From Haliotis rufescens (Eukaryota), in NCBI RefSeq assembly GCF_023055435.1, contig NW_025963779.1, positions 30,938,001 to 31,002,000 on the forward strand: a stretch of DNA of 64,000 nucleotides, given 5' to 3'. The translations under genes and the position numbers were made by a program. Positions 49,512-61,500 of the stretch are shown here, piece by piece (within the stretch, counting starts at the first letter, position 1; every line of letters begins with the position of its first letter). A model generated the notes under the pieces. The model ran no database searches. It saw only the letters and a program-made list of their open reading frames with translations, and had not been told where the DNA came from.

Positions 49512-52500
49512 ATGGCGGGATGCCAGAGGATGGCCTACAGGTGTATGGCGAGATACTCTCGCTTCTTCAAGAGCAGGTAAGTCATTCTATGAGTTTGATC
49601 TGTACAACTCGTCATGGAACGCCTTAGTAACGCGACACGGATCCTGTCGTTATTACATAAGACGTGTATTTGTGGACGATTCTTTTGTTGGGGTGTCTTC
49701 TCTACAATCGATAACTCAGTCTGATGCTAAGCAGCTTGCTTATCATCAATCAATATTTGATTATGCAAACACAAAACCTTTAAACCACATGGTGATTCTA
49801 ATTCAAATATCGCTCATATTCAAACGCAAACGATATGACAGAATTATGGACATAGTAGCTAACGCGGATCTAAAGACGGATTGGATTTATTTCTTTGAGA
49901 AAAAGTATAGTCCTGTATCTTTTATGTAATGTGGTCCAACCACTTCACAATTCCCACCCCTCTCGCTCCATCTCATACACACTCTGTCACAGCTTCCGTG
50001 TATGCTTGCCACGCCCATAACGAGCTTGTTACGTTGCGTCCCAAATTTAGATATAATGCTGTGTACAAGAATCTATTTTTTAAGATTGAAATTCTCGCCT
50101 CGCTGTGAACAGGAGCCTCCTTAGGTAGCGCAGTGCTATGCTGAATGATAATACAAATTCTGTCCCTGCAGACAGAAGACACTCGAACCGAGCACCCTAA
50201 CCATAAGACTATCTATACGCGAGAGCATTATCATTTTATAACATCTCACACGTGCCTCATGCATGATGTATTCTACGTCGTGATAATGTTTGGAGCGTGT
50301 ATACAATTGCCAAGTTTGCATTACATATTTGACAATGCGTACGTCGTAAGTAAGGAAAAGATATATGGATGAACAACTTTGAGCAACAGTGGGAGCCACG
50401 TTTCGGTGTAGGTTTCAACACCATTATCAAGCGTGATGTGATGTACGGGATATTGTTGACAGGCATATATATGAGGCAATGGTATACAGTTGATTAGATT
50501 GGGATGTAGTTACACGGAAGTGGAAAAACCTGTTTTGTACAAAAAACAGGCTAAAAGAAGTTAATACGTACGTTGGTCGGTATTATACGTCGTGTTCACT
50601 CCATAAAAGAGCCGTCTCGGCATTCGTATGGAATTCCCGTCGCTTAAAGAGAAAAATTAGCGTAGGATGTGTACAGAGCTCCAGATAACATTTTGAGCAA
50701 TTGAGTTTTTACCCCCTAGGGTTTCAATTTTTATTGGGTTATTACATTTTTCTTTGGGTAACCAATATTTTTTCACTCATCTATTCATCAATCTATTGTG
50801 TTTTTCCTAGAATTAGTGAACAGTTTAAGATTTAAAAAAAGAAATGAAATAATGTTGTAGATGTATAAATAGATAGGCTTGACCCGGAAAGTGAATTAGC
50901 TCGTAATTGTGTTTCGGAAATTAGCTCCTTTGTACGTATGCTGAAAAAGCTTCATTGGTAATTTACGCGAGGTGTCTTTTATACATTTGAGTTTAGCATT
51001 CAATGCATGCGTTTCTGTACGCAAGTTGATTGAAAGAAATTGGGTTTTGAATATGTTCTGGGGGTATTTTACGCAAATGCGCAACTTATCTGAAGCTCTG
51101 ACCTCGTATGTTATTTGGAGCCTGAACTCTGAATATATAATATAAGGGTTGTTTCCTTATTCGCTGCTGCGATAATAGATATAATATCATCAATACTTAT
51201 ATTTACATATATTGTATGGTGATATACGCCAATATATACCAGTAGATTTGAAACACCCACAACTCAGCTATATTCATTTGGTTAAAATCACTGCAAGCTT
51301 TCAAAACAGAGTCAATCTTCCTAGCTTCATTTTAACCGGTAATTAAATTACAGACAGAATTTACACACTATTTACTAAAGGTGTTTCAAGATCAGGTAAC
51401 GTCTGAGACCTGTATCACTTCGTTCTTTCCTCCACATTAAGCTGACTTGCTGTGATATAACTGGAATATATATCAAGATCACTAGAGATCACGTGTTCTA
51501 GATCGATATGCAAATGGGAATGATTTACTGTAATAACATTTAATAATCGATTTTTTGTAATCTCAAACTTGACGGAGGCAATCCGGACTTATAATAACGT
51601 AATTTCAAGATATTCCAGATAAACATAAATTTACATTCCCTATTACCGACCGTCACCGAGTAAATATAAATAATTATATATATTTACTGCATAAACTTCA
51701 ACACGTAATTGTTAAAGGATTTTATTGGACCATAGAAAATATGTACGAGAATGCATTATATTCCAATACAATGACATATCTGTCTGTAAGATTAGAATAG
51801 TTTGCATACAAATTGAATTACAGTTGGGGTATTAAGTATACATGTACAAGAGTTACATCAAGAGTACATTTGGATATATATTTAAATGTCAAAAAAGGCT
51901 TTTCCGAGCTATATTTTTGCTTATCGTTATGAAATATAATTTACGAATTATGCAATCATAAACCTAAATGAAATCAGCGTCCTCGTATTTTGTAACAATA
52001 AGCGCACAAAAACACGTCCAGTCACATATCTCTCATTCATACATACACAGCAGCGATATATGTAGTAGTTGTTAATCAACACCCTCTGCGTAAACACCCT
52101 GGATAATAACAGGGGGCGGTACGTCGAACACATTTCCATCGCCCAATGTTTTCATTAAATGTCATTGCAGTGTCATAGCAGTAAGTCGAGTCTTCGTTTC
52201 AAACTACTGAGCGTGTCGTTTCAAATCTGTGAATTGCGCCTGCCCGTCGCTTGGTGTTCAGAAAAGGGTGTGGGGTATGTTTGCATTACTCTGGTCGGCC
52301 CCGAATGATTGTATTACTAGGATAGCCCTTGTATAGCGCAATGTGATACACGCCACAATAGGCACCTTTAAAAAGCGGCGGAGATGGAATATTTTTCAAA
52401 ACTGCATATTGAGAAACAATAACCGAACATCGATATAAACAAATGATTGTATTATACTCGTTACATGACATAAAAAAATATAGGTCAATTTGCTGAATAT

Positions 52501-55500
52501 GTGTCAACGTTGTTGAATATGTATACTTGTTCGGTGCTGACCTAGTTCGTCAATTTATTGTAAACCCATATAGCCCCGTGGTTATTCGAAGTATCCCTAT
52601 ATGTAATATGTAGAATTAAATATAAATAGCCAACGCCTGAGAATAACCAGTCTCGATTATCCACCGAAGCAGACTCCATTCGGCGCAAAAGGCAAAACAG
52701 CGGTGAAACTTATATGAATGGATACCTGAAAATCAATGAAGACACCGAGTGTTCGCGAAAAGAGCAAGTATGGCATGCCCTACCGGTAGCACCCCGACTC
52801 ACAATTTGCATTAAAAAAGTGTTTGTCGCCTGACATGTAAGGAAAACTAAAAGACAAAACTGGCGTTAAATTGGGAATCTACATTATTTTTAGTACCATA
52901 TCCTGATTAAAGTCTTAGCTCGTCAAGCCGAAGACCTTCGGATTTCGATATATATATATATATAAATAAAATAAATCAAATCCGGATCTTATGTTCTTAT
53001 AAACGTAATCGCTTAACGTTGTTCAAGATCGAGGTAGCCCAGTGATTAAAACGTTGGCTCATCATGCCCCAAACCAGTTCGATGCTTCGATGCGGGGGCA
53101 CGGGTGGCCAAGTCGTTCAAGGCGCCGCGATTCGCCGTGCAGAGTTGCGTCCCTTGGGCACGCCAGAAACCAATGATTGTGACATGTGTTCGAATCCCGG
53201 TTCGCCCCGATTATGTTTCTAGGTTTGTCAGCACCATACCCGTGCTCGTGGGTTTCACCGAAGTGGTAAACGTCTGAGACCTGCATCACTTCGTGCTTTC
53301 CTCCAAAATTAAGCTGACACGCCGCGATATAACTGAATTACTGTTAAAAGCGGCGTTAAAACAAACTCACTCACTCACTCACCAATGCTTCGATGCTCAT
53401 GCTGCATAGACACATATAGATCGGCGTTGTGAAAAACAGCTGCCTCCCATTAGTTGTGTTTGGCTGGTCCATGCAGCAACAAAGCAATCCGTTTATTTAT
53501 ATCAATACTTGAAGCTACATCCAATTCCGTAACTGACATTATTGTAATTATTCCATTCATGTTTACATCGACAACAAAATCTGGTGTCACAACAAACTGG
53601 CTTGAACATTGTGAACATCCAATTCAAGCGCCTTTCCCTGTAGAACATGATCGTCAGAGTGCGGCACATTCACCGACATAAAGTAAATACAACTTTGCTA
53701 CGAACGTGACGCGAACAAAGGATTTCGGCAACAGTTTCTGATAAACTTTCAAATGGTTTGACGTGTTAGCTTATACTATCTGACCTTAATATGCGGTTAA
53801 TGGCACTATTTGATATGTATTCCGCTTGGAGTTATCTTATTACTAGTATGAAGTACGGTTGTTGAGCTGGAGTATGGTGTTTCTCTTGAAATCGGGGCGG
53901 TGGGGTAGCTTCGTGGTTGAGGCGTTCGCTCGTCACACCAAAGACCCGGGTTTGATTCTCCACATGGGTACATTGTGTGCAGCCTATTTCTGGCGTCCCC
54001 AGCTGTGATATGGCTGTAATATTGCTAAATGCCGCGTCAAACCATGCCAACTCACCCACTCACTGTTCTTGAAATCAGCTGTTTAATTGATTACATGAAA
54101 TGGCAGAGGGAGTGAGTGTAATTTTACGCCGCTTTTAGTAATATGCCTGCAATATCACGTCGAGGGACACCAGACAGGGTCTTTACACAGTGTAGCCATG
54201 TGAAGAATGATTAAACCCGTGCCTTCATTAGACGGTCTAAAAATTATCTTCATAGAAAACAAAACAACTCCGCCATCCCACCGCCACCCTACGCCCACAT
54301 GTGAATGTCGGTCCCTAGACATCAAAATTCCTATTCCGTGGGATTTCAATGGTTCCGTTTTATAAAACCAGATCGTGCACCCGTGTGTGAACTTGTATCT
54401 CGAGTTTATTGTCAGCGTCAGAATTCCGCCCCTCATGGCTGAGTAGATTTTAAAAGCATCACTCACCTCCTCGTTCAACCGTTGCGTGCATATTCTTCAC
54501 CATAAAACGCAGCTATCTGGAGTTCACAATGAAATCGTCCACGTGGAACTAAGTGTCCTTTAAATAAGGTCGGGACCAGTACCGACCGGACAAGTCAGAC
54601 TCATCAGCAGTCTGCTCAATCGTCCTACGCTGGTATGTACTGAGAATAAACAGCATAGCACTGACTTCACTGTAAGACGACATTCGTCACCACTCGCCCC
54701 TTTCCGTAACCTGCAAGAAGACTCGCCCCCTATCGATGAAGGTTATGTGCGAAAATACGACAAACCAATCAGAATGCGCGTTTGATTTCAAGTTGTTCAT
54801 CAAAGAATCCCTCAGAAATATTTTTTTGATTTTACATATGTCTTGCATCTAAAATATACCCAAGACACAGTTAAATGTGTTCAATCATACTATATAATTC
54901 CGCATGTCCAGATGTGCTTTAAATTGCATCTGAAATATATATGATATATGGGGAAATATATATGTGAACCATTACGCAACGAGTTGACAACTGTTTTAGG
55001 TATGCCCGTTTGCGCTAAGACGGGACCCGGTTGCAAAAATGGATATGAGAGGGGCACGAGTCGCTATTCGGCTTGTCCCGGATTAACACGAGTTGGTCAC
55101 GAATGTGTGAGACGAGTGAGAGATGACACCAGTGGCCAGGAATGCAATCCCGCTGGAGTCACCAACATTCACCGGTTGACTGGTTAGCAAGCGTCCCTTG
55201 CAGGGTTGGCTTCACTGGAGTCGGTCAATACTTTGTGGAGAGGCCCCTAGACTAACATCTTGTCTCTAAAATAAACATATCGTACAGTAAAAACAGTAGT
55301 TAAATTATCTTAATAAAAATATGATAAAAAGTAGCCCAGAGACTCTCTTCATGTTCAGATATTGCAGTAATCTAGACTTGCCAAACATTATAGACTTGCA
55401 TGGGCTGTATTTGATATATTTGTATCAGGGTCTGTAAGAGTGAGTGAGTGAGTGAGTATGGTTTTACGCCGCTTTTAGCAATATTCCAGCAATATTACGG

Positions 55501-58500
55501 CGGGGGACACCAGAAATGGGCTTCACACATTGTACCCATGTCGGGAATCGAACCCGGGTCTTCGGCGTAACGAGCGAACGCTTTAACCACTAGAGTACCC
55601 GACCGCCCCTTGGGGTCTGTAAGACAGACTATGAGGTCCCCAGCACCCTATTGCTTTTTGGAGACTTGTTTTAAATTGGATCGGGAGGTACGGACCGCGT
55701 CACACGACTGATGGCGTGTCATCGTGTCTGGTTTGCCCGGCCCCGATTCTATGAGGAAGCCCGTGATACTAATTGGGGAAATAGGGGTCGACGAGTGAAC
55801 ATATCTCGGAGTGAACAATAGCTCCGTCACAGTGTTATGTTTACTGCAGTGAAATATCAAGTGTTATGTTCACATAAGGAAAATAATTTATGGATGTTAC
55901 CGTCTTTGTTATCAGGAACACAACGTTTCAGAGTATATGGTAACTCCTTCATCTTAATTCATCTGATGGAGTTAGCATATACTTTTCCTTATGTGTATCA
56001 CTTCTAAATGCCTTTCAAAGACTTGTTATGTTCACTGCAATGAAGGGGGCACGGGTGGCCCAGTCGTCTAAGGCACCGCAATTCGCTGTGCAGAGTTGCG
56101 TCCCTTGGGCACGCCCAAAACCTATGATTGTGGGTTCGAATCCCGGTTCGCCCGGATTATGTTTCTAGGTTTGTCAGCACCACACCCGTGCTCGTGGATT
56201 TCACCGAAGGGGTAAACGCCTGAGACCTGCATCACTTGGGGCTTTCCTCCCACATTTAACTGACACGCCGTGATATAACTGGAATACTGTTAAATGCGGC
56301 GTTAAACCCAACTCACTCACTGCAATGAAAATATCACTTTGCTCAACTTTCTCAGTCTTTCACACTGTTTCAGTGTCGTGAGTGAAAATACACCTTGACA
56401 GACGGCGGTGTGTCAATTATCGAATCTGAACAAGATAATACAATGACTGACATCATTAACATCGATCTACGCAAATGAGATGCATATAGATTGTATGATA
56501 TCGCTATCAACCTGCACGGCACCGAGCGCGACCATCCGGGCTATTTTGTTCGCCTCTTACGACAAGCTTAGGTCTGCTGGGGACCTTTACTCTAGCCCGA
56601 AATACCCCCGGGTCGCCTCTTTAGTGCATCCTTTAGTTTTGGTATATCAGGAGAAGTTGCACAACCAGCTGTAGGTGATTAAGCTGCACTTGAACATCTG
56701 TGTCTATAAAGAGCCGCTATGGTCAGTCATGCGCAACATGACATAGGCTTTTAAATCACAAAAGCACAGCAGTGTGGTGTATTTTATGACAAGTCATTTG
56801 TGTGTGACCGCTGAAGCTGAAAGTGTCACATACAGACATGAGAGTCACACGAGCCTTTATCAACATTGCGTTACTTGACTTGCGTTTGGGGGGGAGGGGG
56901 CGCTCTGGCGTCTATAGGTGATAGCAGACCCAAACAACAGCCTGCCTATCCGAACACACAGTTGATGACATGTTGTTCCGACGCCTTATCGGGCCTGAAT
57001 TAGTATTGCTTATAGAAGGTTGTCAACTTGACATTGATACGCTCTTGTGGAATTGANNNNNNNNNNNNNNNNNNNNNNNNNNNNNNNNNNNNNNNNNNNN
57101 NNNNNNNNNNNNNNNNNNNNNNNNNNNNNNNNNNNNNNNNNNNNNNNNNNNNNNNNNNNNNNNNNNNNNNNNNNNNNNNNNNNNNNNNNNNNNNNNNNAT
57201 CTACTCCCCAACACGGGGCGGTCGAGTAGTCTAGTGGTTAAAGCGTTCGCTCGTCACACCGAAGACCCTGGTTCGATTCCCGACATGGGTACAATGTGTG
57301 AAGCCAATTTATGGTGTCCCCCGCCGTGATATTGCTGGAATATGGCTAAAAGCGGCGTTAAACCAAACTCACTCACTCACTCTGGTGTCCCCCGTGTGAT
57401 ATTGCTGGAATATTGGTAAGAGCGGCGTATACCATACTCACTCACTCCTCCTCAACACCATAACACACCCATCAATAACAAAATAAAATAAAAATATGTC
57501 AAAAACTATTCTGTCATGAATTTGGAAATAGTCTACTTTGAATGAATCGCCGCGAATAGCTGCAAAATTGCTGATGCGGCGTTAAGCAATATTCACTCAC
57601 TCACTCACTCACTTTGAATGAAACGGCCGCATCACCGTGAAGTTTATTATCATACAATAGGACTTTCTCAGTCGTTGAAGGGGGCACGGGTGGCCCAGTC
57701 GTCTAAGGCGCCGCGATTCGCTGTGCAGAGTTGCGTCTCTTGGGCACGCCAGAAACCTATGATTGTGGGTTCGAATCCTGTTTCGCCCCAATTATGTTTC
57801 TAGGTTTGTCAGCACCATACCCGTGCTCGTGGGTTTCACCGAAGTGTTAAACGTCTGAAACCTGCAATTTTAGAAATTTGAACATATTTGTTAGAAATAT
57901 TTAGAAATATTCTTTATCATAATCATTATTTACAGACCATTTCGTAATGTTCCAAATGTTGAGCTATTAAAAATCAAATTCATTTTAAATATGCTCTTAA
58001 TTATTTATTTAATGTAGTAATATTTATTAAGCAGTTGTCTTATTTCTTATTCAAATGAACAGACAAACAAATTGTGAAATCTATCTCCTGCTTTGTCACC
58101 TTTTTTTTCAGAGTGGTCATTTTTTTCAAAAAATGATATTTGTTATCCTTCTGTCTGTTTCAATCGGTGAATTTTGATTGGAGGTTCTAACTTAAGCACA
58201 ATTCTGGGATCGGAACCAAACTCATTAAAGCTTTGAAACGCATTAGTATGACGTTATTATGTATACAGAGTCCAAAATCTATATATGGTAATAAATCATG
58301 TTGTGTCTTAACGTCAACTGTCAATATTCAATATTCAGCGAAATATTTGGACATTAACTAATAATATTAGTGCACAGGCCGCAATAAGGTATTAACGGTA
58401 GTATATGGTGATTTAAGTGCGAACGGGCAATACGCTATAGGTATTAGAAAAGTATTCGTACGTCACAACTGAACGACAGGTCATCTTCTTTGTCCTCTTT

Positions 58501-61500
58501 TTCAGGTTGTTCCTCTGCCTTGTAGGGCTCGCTATCATGTGCGTCACTGTATGGAGCTTCAGAGAGGATAACAGGACTTTTCATTCGGGTGAGAATTGCC
58601 ATTGGTGCATCATGAAGTGTGTCATTTATGGCCAAGACAAAATTACTCGTGTTATATTTTCTATGTTTTTAAAGCTATGTATATCTAGGCTACCCCCTGA
58701 AGGACGATAATTTTATACCAGGGGGTCAGGGGCTGGTATTTTAAAAACGGAAAAAGTCTAACCCCGAACATGCTTGAAAAATATATTCAGGCTTTTCACA
58801 AAACAGTAACTCGTTCACTGGACATGCTCGCAGTTCCATAATATTGTTTTATGGGTCGGAACATATTGTTTAGCTCATCTTCCAGGGAAAAGGAGTGTAT
58901 GTTTTGAAGCACTAACTGTTCAAAGACAAGACAGATCCCAGCTTTGCACATGGAATCATGACCAATTCTAATGGCGATCCAAATGTGGATCCCTCAAAGA
59001 GGTGGTTCCGAGGTAACCCATGATTGGCGCGAGAGCCGCCCTTGTGATAAACCGGGACAGAATTGGTCTTCAGCAAGCCATGCTCGTCGTAAGACAAAAC
59101 GGGATCGGGTGGTCAGGCTCGCTGACTTGGTTGATGCGTGTCATCGTATCCCCATTGCGGGGATCGATGCTCATGATGTCAATCACTGGATTGTCTGTTC
59201 CAGACTCGATTAGTCACAGGCCGACGTCACATAGTTGGACTAGCGGGGTGTTACACAACAAACAGACAAAACGTACGGTGACCAGTCGCATAAGGCGCCA
59301 TAATTCGCTGTGTAGAGTTGCGTTCTAAAGGCGTGCCGAACCATTTACATCATGTGTTCGAATCCCGGTTCGCCCTGATTATGTTTCTAGGTTTGTCAGC
59401 ACCATACCTGTGCTTGTGGGTTTCATCGAAGTGGTACATTATGATCATGGGTTCGAATCCCGACTATATACATTCCGTCGTGCGGAAGGGGGGGGGGGGG
59501 GGGGCATGGGAACAACATTTATTCAACAAACAAACAAACAAACAAACAAAACGTTCGGTGCCCAGTCGCATGAGGCGCAATAAGTCGTTTCGCAGAGTCG
59601 CGTTTTTAAGGCGTGCCGAAACATTATGATCATGGGTTCGAATCCCGGTACCAAACCAAACAACATTAATTAACTTAAATATAATGGGTTTATGTTTCAG
59701 CTCTGTTATCTCTAAAACAGCATGGGGAAAGACAAAGCGGCCTGCTAAAATACAAGTTCCTGAGCTGGAAACAAGGTACGTGTAGATATGGTACTCTAAA
59801 AAAGTCCATGTGTAATAGTGTTATTCCTAGTGGGAGTAAGTGCAGCCAGTACGACGAGTGACTGTCCCTACGTATTGGCGCATCTTCTCATAAACGGGGT
59901 ACCGGTTAGCCCAGTTGTCTAAGGCGCCGCAACGCTTTTTAAGAGTTACGTCCCTTGGGGACGCCGTGGGTTCGAATCCCGGCTCACCCTGATTATGTTT
60001 CAAGGTTTGTCAGCACCATACCCGTGCTCGTGAGTTTCACCAAAGTGGTACCCGTTTGAGACCTGCATCACTTCGGGCTCACCTCCCAAATTAAGCTGAC
60101 ACGCCGTGATATAACTCGATTACTGTTCGAAGCGGCGTTAAGACCAACTCACTCACTCTTCTCATAAACTGTCGTAGCAGTTCACAGGCTTACTTGGATG
60201 TCCGTTTAGGCGATGTCATGAACACTTTGAACCGATTGTTCGTTGATGCTTCGAAGAAGATGCACAACAATCTATCAATTCTATGCGACAACTGACAACA
60301 GATGACACTAATGGCAAAATGGCAAAGCATGAACTATCTTTACAGTCACCAGTCCCACTGTCTTTCTAGATTCATCTTGGAGATTACCTAGGAAGCATAA
60401 ACGCCCTGACCAAGACCACATGGACGAGGCACTCCAACCTGTCCTGCCTCAGATGAATAACTTTGAACAACAGGGGCAGAATTTTAATCCTGGTCAACCT
60501 CAAGCCATTGCCGATCAAGGCCAGCGAAATTGGGCACCTGAACCTGCCTTGCCTCAAATGAGCCAATTGGAACTAAAGACAGGACCCAAACAAGATCAGA
60601 TAAACGGGGCTCCTCAGCCTGCTCTGGCACAGGAGCAGAATGTTAATCCTGGTCAGGCTCAAGCAGGACACGACCTAGGCCAGCTGAAGGCGGCACCTCA
60701 ACCTGCTCTGCCACAGAATGTTAATCCTGGTCAACTTAATGCAGCTGCTAATATAGGCCAGATGAACGCGGCACCTCAACCTTTCCGGCCACAGAATGTT
60801 AATCCTGGTCAACCTAATGCAGCTGCTAATATAGTTCAGATGAACGCGGCACCTCAACCTGCCCTGCCACAGAATGTTAATCCTGGTCAACCTAATGCAG
60901 CTGCTAATATAGTTCAGATGAACGCGGCACCTCAACCTGCCCTGCCACAGAATGTTAATCCTGGTCAACCAAATGCAGCTGCTAATATAGGCCAGCTGAA
61001 CGCAGCACCTCAACCTGCCCTGCTACAGAATGTTAATCCTGGTCAACCTAATGCCGTGCCAGACATAGGCCAGCTGAACGCTGCGCCTCAACCAGCTCTG
61101 CCTCAAATGAACCAAGTTGAACAACATGGGCAGAATCTTAATCCTGTTCAGCCTAAAGCAGTTCCCGGTCTTGGCCAAGTAAACGAGGAAAAACAGCCCG
61201 TTTTGCCACAAGTGATCATGAACCAAATAATACCGCGGCTTGAGGAATCTAATCCTGGTCTGCGTCAAGGTGAATCTCAGCCTGCCCAACCTCTGGTGAA
61301 GCAAGGTGTGCCGTCTTTTGTCGATGAGGTGCCAGTGATACTTTCGTGGCATCCTCTAGGAGGAGTCCAAGATGTCAGTATTATATGCGGGCTTCGCAAA
61401 TGTTTGATGGTAAAAGATCACGAAGAGTGGAAAAAACACGACTATATGGTAATTTCATTTGTAATTCATATAACAGGACTATTATTCTCTGATTTATAAC

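Noticed and set aside
60675-61352. Antisense repetitive ORFs
   Set aside because: Shadow frames of the 78-nt coding repeat.
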